The notes beneath the pieces were generated by a model. The model was not told the DNA's origin. It did no database searches and worked only from the letters and a program-made list of their open reading frames with translations. The position numbers and the translations under genes were made by a program. This document shows positions 9,279-16,548 of a DNA stretch of 64,000 nucleotides, one piece after another; the stretch's first letter is position 1; each line of letters begins with the position of its first letter. The DNA comes from a bacterium (GTDB taxonomy: Bacteria > Patescibacteriota > Minisyncoccia > Phycocordibacterales > UBA2100), in contig RFQR01000003.1 of the NCBI GenBank assembly GCA_009924895.1, positions 1,066 through 65,065 on the forward strand. The letters are read 5' to 3'.

Positions 9279-10463
9279 TTGTATGATGCTTGGATGACAT
9301 TATTGCGCCCCCGGCAACACACTCTTTTAATTGCCCTCGTTGCAGTAATGCTTGGATATCCCATGTTGAAAATGGAGCAAATTCATACGCAGGAAACTTT
9401 TGAAATGCAGGGTCAGACTGCGGCTGTGAGTACCCCAGAAAAAGCACTGCCTGAAAAAAGCAACGAGATAAACAAAGAAAGATCGGGGCTTCCGACTTCC
9501 CCGATACCTCCAAAAGCTTTGACAGCCACACCTTCATCTTCAGACATACGAAGAGTAGGGATCACGACTAAACCCAACCAAGCGCAACGACTCATTAATC
9601 CCTACCCCTTCCCTCCTTCTGCACCCGAAATTATAAATGCGCAAGCCCGTACGGCACTCATAAATATTATCTGTGCCGGCGAAAATTCTATTCAGCCTGT
9701 TTCGGGAAGCGGTGTTTTTATCGATCCACGGGGCATTATCCTTACCAACGCTCATGTCGCGCAGTACGTTTTGCTCTCCGAAGACCCCCGTGTAGACCTC
9801 TCATGCTCCATCCGCTCCGGCTCTCCCGCCGAATCTCGATTTCGGGCTCGCGTGTTACACCTTCCGCGTTCATGGGTCGAGGAACACGCTGATGAAATCA
9901 ATAAAAGCAGGATCAAGGGTACCGGAGAACACGACTATGCGCTCCTTTTGATTACCGCCGGTGTCGACTCTCCCCTTCCCAGTACTTTTCCCTTCATACC
10001 TATCGATGCACGTGAGGCAATCGCCTTTACGGATGATACTGTCCTCACCGCAAGTTACCCTGCAGAATTTACAGGAGGACTTATAACACAGCGTGAGTTG
10101 TATGCTGTGAGTGCATGGGCACATATAACTGAATTGCATACCTTCAGGACAGGAACTGTTGACGCTTTTTCCCTGAGCAGTACAGTCGGCAGCCAGAGCG
10201 GTTCCTCTGGTGGCCCCGTTGTTAATGGCTGGCAACGTCTTGTTGGGATTATCACCACAATGAGCGGCGGGACTGCGACTGCAGACCGAAGCCTCCAGGC
10301 AATTAGTCTTGCCAGTATTTCTCGTGATATGCAAACTGATACCGGCTCGACATTAGAGCAATTTCTTACCCAAAATATTGAGGATCTGCTGGAGCGATTT
10401 GAAAAAATACGCAGCGAACTTTTGAATACTCTTGTAGCCCCGCTGTTGAAGCAACCTCGTTAG
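9279..10463 (+). CDS. Membrane-anchored trypsin-like (S1/HtrA-type) serine protease
   Basis: N-terminal TM helix; catalytic His (GSGVFIDPRGIILTNAHV), Asp (HDYALL), and Ser (GSSGGPVV). Confidence 0.7.
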   Translation: MYDAWMTLLRPRQHTLLIALVAVMLGYPMLKMEQIHTQETFEMQGQTAAVSTPEKALPEKSNEINKERSGLPTSPIPPKALTATPSSSDIRRVGITTKPNQAQRLINPYPFPPSAPEIINAQARTALINIICAGENSIQPVSGSGVFIDPRGIILTNAHVAQYVLLSEDPRVDLSCSIRSGSPAESRFRARVLHLPRSWVEEHADEINKSRIKGTGEHDYALLLITAGVDSPLPSTFPFIPIDAREAIAFTDDTVLTASYPAEFTGGLITQRELYAVSAWAHITELHTFRTGTVDAFSLSSTVGSQSGSSGGPVVNGWQRLVGIITTMSGGTATADRSLQAISLASISRDMQTDTGSTLEQFLTQNIEDLLERFEKIRSELLNTLVAPLLKQPR

Positions 10464-10464
10464 C

Positions 10465-10487
10465 TCGTGTCGGGCCGCTGGGAATCG
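10465..10487 (+). repeat. Distal 23-nt direct repeat of the tRNA-Pro 3' end plus 5 nt of trailer
   Basis: tcgtgtcgggccgctgggaatcg is identical to 10633..10655. Confidence 0.8.
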
Positions 10488-10594
10488 GTCAGGTATATTA
10501 ATTCTGTCGTCACAGAATTATTTGCACGACCCTGACTCGGCTGTTTTGCTTATGCGCAAAACATGCCTCCGTCTTTCGATTCCCAACGCAGCGG
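10487..10594 (+). repeat. Copy A of the tRNA-trailer structured repeat family
   Basis: ggtcagg, then hairpin1 aattctgtcgtcacagaatt, then ttgcacgaccctgactcgg, then hairpin2 gttttgcttatgcgcaaaac, then catgcctccgtctttcgattccc. Confidence 0.7.
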
Positions 10595-10637
10595 TGTACT
10601 GACACTACTGCTGCGACCCGCACACACTTCGTTCGTG

Positions 10638-10708
10638 TCGGGCCGCTGGGAATCGAACCCAGTCTACATGGTCCCAAACCATGCGTACTACCGGTATACT
10701 ACGGCCCG
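10638..10708 (-). tRNA. tRNA-Pro (anticodon UGG), no encoded CCA
   Basis: Acceptor CGGGCCG/CGGCCCG, anticodon arm CATGG-TTTGGGA-CCATG, T-arm CTGGG-TTCGATT-CCCAG. Confidence 0.85.
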
Positions 10709-10814
10709 CTCTTTGAAAACAGTCGAATAGTACCACATTGCACGCTGATTGGCTATTTGAAGCTGAAAATACTCGACTTTTTAGTGTTTCGCGGGACTGA
10801 TTTATAAAAGACAT

Positions 10815-11195
10815 CTAAAGGACATTCTCCGTAAATCTGCATTGCGCCCTCTTTTGCTCGGTATTTAAAAATACCGCAATGACATCTACCTGTGCTTCTG
10901 AGTTGGGGTACTTTTCTCGTAAATAGAACTCACCTGCTTTTCGAATCTTTTCCACCTTTCTTGGATCCACCTTCTCTTCTGGGTCCATCATTTCACGTGA
11001 AAAAGCCGAATCGGGTTCACGTGTAACGCTTTTAACCTCAACAAAGTGAATAACTCCTTCCTTCTTTGCAATAATATCCACCTCTCCCCATGGCTTACGA
11101 TAGCCTGTTTCAATGATTCGAAAGCCTTTTTGCTCTAAGAATCTGCAGGCGATTAACTCGCCTGTACCACCCCATTTTTTATTTTCACTTTTCAC
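10815..11195 (-). CDS. yraN: YraN-family (UPF0102) predicted endonuclease
   Basis: GELIACRFLEQKGFRII...GEVDIIAKKEGVIHFVEVK. GTG start. Confidence 0.75.
   Translation of the reverse strand: MKSENKKWGGTGELIACRFLEQKGFRIIETGYRKPWGEVDIIAKKEGVIHFVEVKSVTREPDSAFSREMMDPEEKVDPRKVEKIRKAGEFYLREKYPNSEAQVDVIAVFLNTEQKRAQCRFTENVL
10991..11002. promoter_or_regulatory. TTTCACGTGAAA palindrome, site 1 of 4 (inside yraN coding sequence)
   Basis: Perfect 12-bp palindrome. Confidence 0.5.
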
Positions 11196-11201
11196 GTGAA
11201 A
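11190..11201. promoter_or_regulatory. TTTCACGTGAAA palindrome, site 2 of 4 (overlaps the yraN GTG start)
   Basis: Perfect 12-bp palindrome. Confidence 0.5.
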
Positions 11202-11236
11202 TAGTGTATCACCTTGATAAAGCTCTATTTTAATCT

Positions 11237-11248
11237 TTTCACGTGAAA
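11237..11248. promoter_or_regulatory. TTTCACGTGAAA palindrome, site 3 of 4
   Basis: Perfect 12-bp palindrome. Confidence 0.5.
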
Positions 11249-11390
11249 TGGTCTTTCATTCGCAACTACAGCTACCTTCAGAGTTTTCAGTACAAAACAA
11301 TGTTCCTGCTTATCCGCATAGTAGAGCCACAACGTATTTCACAAGAAACGTATTTATTGCTACGTAGGCAATACTCAGACGAGTGAACCA

Positions 11391-11402
11391 TTTCACGTGA
11401 AA
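11391..11402. promoter_or_regulatory. TTTCACGTGAAA palindrome, site 4 of 4
   Basis: Perfect 12-bp palindrome. Confidence 0.5.
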
Positions 11403-11516
11403 ATATGTTTCTTAAGTAACATACTAATGAACAACAATGAAAATCTGTTTTATCCATGTTTAACGCCCTACTATCCTGCTATGGTACAAAATACTGACTT
11501 TTACATCTTTTGTCCT

Positions 11517-11556
11517 TTATCCACATATCCCCACAGTTTTCCACAGTTATGCACAT
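11517..11556 (+). promoter_or_regulatory. Cluster of four tandem DnaA-box-like 9-mers
   Basis: TTATCCACA (perfect), TATCCCCACA, TTTTCCACA, TTATGCACA: tttatccacatatccccacagttttccacagttatgcaca. Confidence 0.5.
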
Positions 11557-11692
11557 TCTTCCCCTATTAGGACGTTATGCGTCTAGCCAATCTTTACCAG
11601 CCAACCAGGGGTATAGAGGCTCTTTCAAAAATTGTGACTTGACAAGAACACTTCTTTTGTAATAGGGTGGCGACACATCCTTGCTATTTCAT

Positions 11693-12631
11693 ATGAACCA
11701 TCTTCTTTCTCGTGGCCTCCTGAGTACCTGTTTGGGGATTGTTGTTTTTCTAAGTCTTAGCGCTACTGCGCACGCTGACGTATCCAGCGTTGTGGTTACA
11801 AAAACTCTTGGTACCGGTTCATGTACCCCTCTTATGGTTTCAGCAATTCGCCCCTATATCTACGACGGCAATTTGCACTCTTTTGATATAACAGTGCGCG
11901 ATAATTCGAATGTTGTCATCACCGGCATAGCGGGTACAGAGGCTATACCATTTGAGGCACTATCACGATGGGGTACTGGCGTCCCAGGAGAAATACGAAT
12001 GCACGTTGATGTAGACACAACGAGTCTGGTACGCGCTCTCCCCGTCACCGTTACCATGATTTCAACCAAAGGGCAGGGGAGTCCGATCTGTATTTCTAAT
12101 GTCCAGTTTGTGCTTCCGTCGCAAAAGCCAATACCTGAGCCTCAGGCGCCAGCGCTTCCAAACCCTGTCTCATACACACCGACAATAAGTGTCATACCTA
12201 AAAATGAAATCCCTTCAGCACCCTCTACCGGTAAGACACCGACATCAAAATCCGATAGCAGGGAAGGGGAAGTTGCCCAGAAACCTACCCCCGGTGTATC
12301 CGTAACGAGCGCACTCACACAATCACTAAAGCGCGCCTGCGAGACACAACGATCGTCGCAGACTATTTGGGGACTCCTCCTCCTTGGATATGCGCTTTTT
12401 GCTGCCTATATTGCACTTATAAAGCCAGGCTTCCTCGCACGCTCACTTGAGGGACTTGCCGCAGCTATTGTGCTTCCGTTCATTGCACTCGTCGGATTCT
12501 GGTACTTCGCTGAACACTGCCGAGGAGCGGAGTGGGTGCAGCTTTTAACACCCGCTATCGCTTTGATAGCGCTTGTGGTTGCGTTTTGGGAAGAAGAGAA
12601 GGCACAGACTCTACCCTTGCTGCCTCGATAA
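11693..12631 (+). CDS. Secreted/membrane protein, hypothetical
   Basis: A signal peptide (MNHLLSRGLLSTCLGIVVFLSLSATAHA) and C-terminal TM helices. The ORF track begins at the TTG at 11681. Confidence 0.5.
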   Translation: MNHLLSRGLLSTCLGIVVFLSLSATAHADVSSVVVTKTLGTGSCTPLMVSAIRPYIYDGNLHSFDITVRDNSNVVITGIAGTEAIPFEALSRWGTGVPGEIRMHVDVDTTSLVRALPVTVTMISTKGQGSPICISNVQFVLPSQKPIPEPQAPALPNPVSYTPTISVIPKNEIPSAPSTGKTPTSKSDSREGEVAQKPTPGVSVTSALTQSLKRACETQRSSQTIWGLLLLGYALFAAYIALIKPGFLARSLEGLAAAIVLPFIALVGFWYFAEHCRGAEWVQLLTPAIALIALVVAFWEEEKAQTLPLLPR

Positions 12632-12645
12632 CATTCTTTACTTGT

Positions 12646-12676
12646 AAAAAGAGCCCCGTACGGGCTCTTTTTGCTT
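12646..12676 (+). terminator. Intrinsic terminator
   Basis: aaaaagagccc-cgtac-gggctctttttgctttt. Confidence 0.65.
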
Positions 12677-12711
12677 TTACAATGAAAAAAATATGCTATA
12701 GTCCCGTCATC

Positions 12712-12782
12712 GCGGGCATAGTTTAGTGGTAGAACGATACCTTGCCAAGGTATAGATCGGAGTTCGATTCTCCGTGCCCGCA
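12712..12782 (+). tRNA. tRNA-Gly (anticodon GCC), no encoded CCA
   Basis: Acceptor GCGGGCA/TGCCCGC, anticodon arm ATACC-TTGCCAA-GGTAT, T-arm CGGAG-TTCGATT-CTCCG. Confidence 0.85.
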
Positions 12783-12839
12783 CAAAACAATAAGCGAAGC
12801 GTTTGTTTTGGCTGGCACAGGAAAGTGCCTGCGCACTTT

Positions 12840-12942
12840 CCGTGGAGAATCGAAAAGCGGAATCATGTTTTTGCAGCAGCAAAAACGGATGAGCTAGGGT
12901 CGTGCGGCTTTGTGTGCGGCGGCGCACAAAGAACGCCTGACC
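12840..12942 (-). repeat. Copy E of the tRNA-trailer structured repeat family (antisense to tRNA-Gly GCC)
   Basis: The reverse complement reads ggtcagg, then hairpin ctttgtg..cacaaag, then ccgcacgaccctagctc, then hairpin gtttttgctgctgcaaaaac, then catgattccgcttttcgattctcc. Confidence 0.7.
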
Positions 12943-12993
12943 GATCGAGTGCCCTCCATGCTTGGGAGATTCGAGTGACTGCACAAAAGAGCT

Positions 12994-13497
12994 TTAGGTT
13001 GAAATAATGTCATTTTTACCGACGAAGTAACCCTCGGTCATTTCAAGTTCTATTGGTTCAGATAAATATTGAATTGTATTTTTCGCAACTGCATTTTCAA
13101 TGAGTTGATTGGAGTATACAGGACTCACACCTTCTGAACACGAGAGGGTAATGTGAGGGTATTTATTAGTTGATTTCGGGTTTTCGACCAGCAACGCATC
13201 ACCACGCTCATCTGATATACGTGCAAGAACTTTTATTCGACATTTACGCCCAACATCGATACCGTCAACTGAGCCTGGTTAAAAAGCGATTGTTGAGTGG
13301 TGCGCCAGAACTCGTTTATGTTTCGGTGGGAATTGCGAAATGAGGTCCGGGACGTTATTTACAAACAGAGCTGTGTAGACCGGTACTATCGCTTCTGCTT
13401 TTTCTAGCCCCTTACGATAAAAATGGTTTCCAATTTTACAACATCTCCCGCCCGTGGCTTTTCTTTCATGGTGACATTCTAGCATCCTACGCAACAT
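12994..13497 (-). pseudogene. LigT/ThpR-like 2H phosphoesterase (RNA 2',3'-cyclic phosphodiesterase) interrupted by one in-frame TAA
   Basis: The two H-x-T/S-x motifs (HHSTIAF and HITLS) lie in the same frame, split by a TAA at 13279..13281. Reading through gives a ~167 aa protein: ...HHSTIAF*PGSVDGIDVGRKCRIKVLARISDERGDALLVENPKSTNKYPHITLS.... Confidence 0.55.
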
Positions 13498-13546
13498 GAC
13501 TATAGGTCACAGATATTTGCTTACCTCGGCAAAAAGGGTCTTTTGT

Positions 13547-13639
13547 GGTCAGAGATAATTTCTGCTCCGTCGAGCAGAAATTTCCACGACCCTGCCTCCG
13601 CCGTTTTCTCTGCTGAGAAAACATGCGTCCAACTTGCAC
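13547..13639 (+). repeat. Copy B of the tRNA-trailer structured repeat family
   Basis: ggtcag, then hairpin aatttctgctccgtcgagcagaaatt, then ttccacgaccctgcctccg, then hairpin gttttctctgctgagaaaac, then catgcgtccaacttgcac. Confidence 0.7.
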
Positions 13640-13683
13640 AAAAGCAGAAAACCTGGCGTTAGCCAGGCTTTCTGTTTTTAGGT

Positions 13684-13776
13684 GGTCAGGAATAATGCAC
13701 TTGTCGCCACTCATGCATTTTCCCGACCCGGACTCGTCCGTTTTTGCTACTGCAAAAACATGACTCCGTCTTGCAC
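13684..13776 (+). repeat. Copy C of the tRNA-trailer structured repeat family
   Basis: ggtcagg, then aatgca..tgcatt, then ttcccgacccggactcg, then hairpin gtttttgctactgcaaaaac, then catgactccgtcttgcac. Confidence 0.7.
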
Positions 13777-13782
13777 TACGCG

Positions 13783-13815
13783 AAAAGAGACTGGCGCAGG
13801 CCAGTCTCTTTTCGT
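13783..13815. terminator. Hairpin terminator between the repeat array and tRNA-Arg
   Basis: gagactgg-cgcagg-ccagtctc flanked by T-runs (ttttcgtctt). Confidence 0.5.
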
Positions 13816-13820
13816 CTTAG

Positions 13821-13892
13821 TGCACCCGTCAGGACTTGAACCTGAAATAGCGCTTCCGAAGAGCGCCGTGATATCCATTTCACCACGGGTGC
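13821..13892 (-). tRNA. tRNA-Arg (anticodon UCG), no encoded CCA
   Basis: Acceptor GCACCCG/CGGGTGC, D-arm GTGA..TCAC, anticodon arm GCGCT-CTTCGGA-AGCGC, T-arm TCAGG-TTCAAGT-CCTGA. Confidence 0.85.
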
Positions 13893-13904
13893 AGTGTGAG
13901 AACT

Positions 13905-14588
13905 CTATCGTTTTTTTACGAAATGTGCAAAAAGCAACTTCTGAAAAAATTGCATGGTGCGAAGTGTTCTTATTCCTGGAATTTCCAACCTTAAGCAACC
14001 TTTGTAGTTAGGTCTCTTTTTGTATTGCAATCCGGTTGGTTTATAAATCGTTTTCAAGAACTGCCCCAGCGGAACCCCGAGCTCTTTGGACCACCACTCT
14101 TCACACCGCTCGTGCGCGTATGACTTATGAATATACAAGCGGAATCTCATCTCATTTTTGGAAAACTTCAAAAACTTTTCTGCCCAGAGAACGATAACAT
14201 TCATCATTTCGCTATCAGAGTTAACAAACTGGAATGCACTGCTTCTCTTTGCTCCCTCAGCCCAGTACAGAGAAACTCCGGCGGTGAAAAAAGAATCCTC
14301 GGCAAAGTTTGTAAACATATGTTCGCATTCTTTAAACAATATTGCTTCCCTAGCAAGTCGTGCATTTCTGTGAGCGGATGCTGCACGTATTCTACCTTTT
14401 GTTACATTTTTACTAACTCGATTCAGGAGTGACCTCTTCTCGTCTTTTGTTAAAGGAAAATCTTTGAGCCACAGTGACAGTAAACTTTTTGCAACGGGCA
14501 GTATTTGTCGTATCTCACGGTAACTCAAGCCCCTCCTTCTTAATTGCATAGCCTGCTCTCTTTCTGAAACCAGTTTCCTCATGTACAT
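13905..14588 (-). CDS. HTH + LAGLIDADG-like protein, paralog of 8552..9247
   Basis: LRRRGLSYREIRQILPVAKSLLSLW (HTH), AGVSLYWAEGAK (LAGLIDADG-like), WSKELGVP. It ends 12 nt before the tRNA-Arg 5' end. Confidence 0.5.
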   Translation of the reverse strand: MYMRKLVSEREQAMQLRRRGLSYREIRQILPVAKSLLSLWLKDFPLTKDEKRSLLNRVSKNVTKGRIRAASAHRNARLAREAILFKECEHMFTNFAEDSFFTAGVSLYWAEGAKRSSAFQFVNSDSEMMNVIVLWAEKFLKFSKNEMRFRLYIHKSYAHERCEEWWSKELGVPLGQFLKTIYKPTGLQYKKRPNYKGCLRLEIPGIRTLRTMQFFQKLLFAHFVKKR

Positions 14589-14644
14589 AACAATAACACA
14601 AGGTTCATATAGTGCTTTGGGTGCTTGTGTATTACAATTTGCCC

Positions 14645-16108
14645 ATGCACCAGCTTCACATTCCCCATGAAGTTCGCGCGCTGTGCGAGCAACTCAAAGC
14701 AGCGGGGTATGAGTGCTACCTTGTGGGCGGGTGTGTGCGCGATTTATTGCTTCATCGGGAACCAAAAGACTGGGATATAACCACAAACGCTACCCCCGAA
14801 CAGGTACAGGCAGTATTCCCCGACTCATTCTATGAAAACGACTATGGCACCGTGGGGGTCAAAACAGGGTCTGAAAATGCAAAATTAGCAGTAGTGGAGA
14901 TAACGCCGTACCGCACCGAGGGGTCATACACGAATGCGAGGCATCCCGATCATGTTTCATGGAGTACGATGCTCTCAGAAGACCTTAAACGGCGAGATTT
15001 TACGATAAACGCGATCGCCTATGATGCACTTGCACACACTCTCGTGGATGAGCATGGAGGACAGACAGATCTGCAGCGCAAAGTATTGGTAACGGTAGGG
15101 GATCCGCATGCTCGTTTTACGGAAGATGCCCTGCGCATGCTCCGAGCAATACGGCTTTCAGTAGAACTTGATTTTGCACTCGATGGCACAACCGCCACGG
15201 CGATAGCCGAACAGTCGACGCATCTTGAGAAGATATCAAAAGAGCGTATTCGAGACGAATTTTCTCGACTAATCCTGAGTGATCGACCGATGCAAGCCCT
15301 GTATGTCGCCCAGAAACTCGGCGTTTTGAAACATATTGTGCCCGAGCTGGAAGAGGGAATAGGGTGCGATCAAAACCAAGCTCACTCATTCGATGTGTTT
15401 GAGCACAACCTCCGTTCACTGCAGCATGCAGCGGATAAGAACTGGTCGCTCCAAGTACGACTCGCTGCGCTCCTGCATGATGTAGGAAAACCAGCGGCGC
15501 GTAGATGGGGGGATGAAAAGAGGGACTGGACCTTCCATGGTCATGAGGTACTTGGCGCACGCATGGCCGAGAAAATCTTGAAAACACTAGTGTTTCCGAA
15601 GGATATCATCCAAGTGGTAACTTCGTTGGTGCGCTGGCACATGTTTTTTGCTGATCCGGACCAGGTGACACTCTCTGCAGTACGCCGCATCATCACCAAC
15701 GTAGGAAAAGAACACATTACTGACTTGCTTCACCTGCGCATGTGCGACCGCATAGGAACAGGGCGACCGAAAGAACAGCCCTTTCGCTTGCGCAAATACA
15801 TGGCAATGGTCGACGAAGCACTTCGTGACCCAATCACGGTTGGGATGCTCAAAATTGATGGTACGAAGCTCCTTGCTATGGGGGAAAAACCGGGGCCGCG
15901 CATCGGATGGACACTCCACGCGCTCCTTGAGGAGGTTCTCGATAATCCCGAAAAAAACACTTCCGAATATCTTGACAAGCGAGCAAAAGAATTGTTTATA
16001 CTAAATGAAGCCGAGCTCCGATCTCTCGGAGAGGCGGGAAAGGAAAGGCGTGGAAAGGAAGATGAGGCTGCAGTTGCGGCACTACGAACACATCACCACG
16101 TAGCATAA
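14645..16108 (+). CDS. cca: CCA-adding tRNA nucleotidyltransferase with HD domain
   Basis: GGCVRDLLL...DWDI (pol-beta NTase) and HD (LLHDVGKP). The ORF-track start at 14612 is a GTG; the ATG at 14645 is preferred. Confidence 0.8.
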   Translation: MHQLHIPHEVRALCEQLKAAGYECYLVGGCVRDLLLHREPKDWDITTNATPEQVQAVFPDSFYENDYGTVGVKTGSENAKLAVVEITPYRTEGSYTNARHPDHVSWSTMLSEDLKRRDFTINAIAYDALAHTLVDEHGGQTDLQRKVLVTVGDPHARFTEDALRMLRAIRLSVELDFALDGTTATAIAEQSTHLEKISKERIRDEFSRLILSDRPMQALYVAQKLGVLKHIVPELEEGIGCDQNQAHSFDVFEHNLRSLQHAADKNWSLQVRLAALLHDVGKPAARRWGDEKRDWTFHGHEVLGARMAEKILKTLVFPKDIIQVVTSLVRWHMFFADPDQVTLSAVRRIITNVGKEHITDLLHLRMCDRIGTGRPKEQPFRLRKYMAMVDEALRDPITVGMLKIDGTKLLAMGEKPGPRIGWTLHALLEEVLDNPEKNTSEYLDKRAKELFILNEAELRSLGEAGKERRGKEDEAAVAALRTHHHVA

Positions 16109-16156
16109 GTATAAAAGACAAAAACCATCCAGACAGTATGGATGGCCTTGAAAGAA

Positions 16157-16225
16157 GAGGCCGACTGACGGAACGGTTGCAAGTTGTTTCTTTTTCTTTT
16201 GCAACCGCCTACGTCAGGCGGCCTC
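16157..16225 (+). other. Long imperfect stem-loop downstream of cca
   Basis: gaggccg-actgacg-gaac-ggttgcaa-[T-rich loop]-ttgcaacc-gcctacgtcagg-cggcctc, with a T-rich tract following. Confidence 0.4.
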
Positions 16226-16548
16226 ATTCACAGGATTCTTTGCTATTATATTATTTTGTTCTTTTTCTTGGGTTTTTTGTACTTTCTTTTCCAAGCGGTG
16301 AAGACGAGTGGTCCTCCCATAAATATGCTCGAGAGTACACTGTATGCCCTTTTGGTGAACAATCTAACGTATTAGGCTCTTCGAATCCCAAAGAACCTCT
16401 GTCCTATATGGTATGTCCTTTATAAAAAGCGTCAAGGACATTGGTGTGGATAACTATGGGTAGTGCTTAGCGACTAGGGTTTAGTCACGAGCAAGGTCCA
16501 GAAATCTGAATTTATTTTCACTATACCCTAACCACTAGTGGCTATTTC

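Noticed and set aside
9248-9364. N-terminal 39 codons of the 8552..9364 ORF
   Set aside because: This stretch overlaps the protease gene start on the other strand. The paralog at 13905..14588 begins at the position equivalent to 9247.
12406-12984. 192-aa minus-strand ORF spanning tRNA-Gly(GCC) and repeat copy E
   Set aside because: It runs straight through a tRNA gene, a terminator and a structured repeat. Its composition is protein-unlike, and it is read open only because of the repeats.
15117-15919. Antisense ORFs inside cca (15117..15587, 15587..15919, 15730..15978)
   Set aside because: They lie within the confidently assigned cca coding sequence on the opposite strand.
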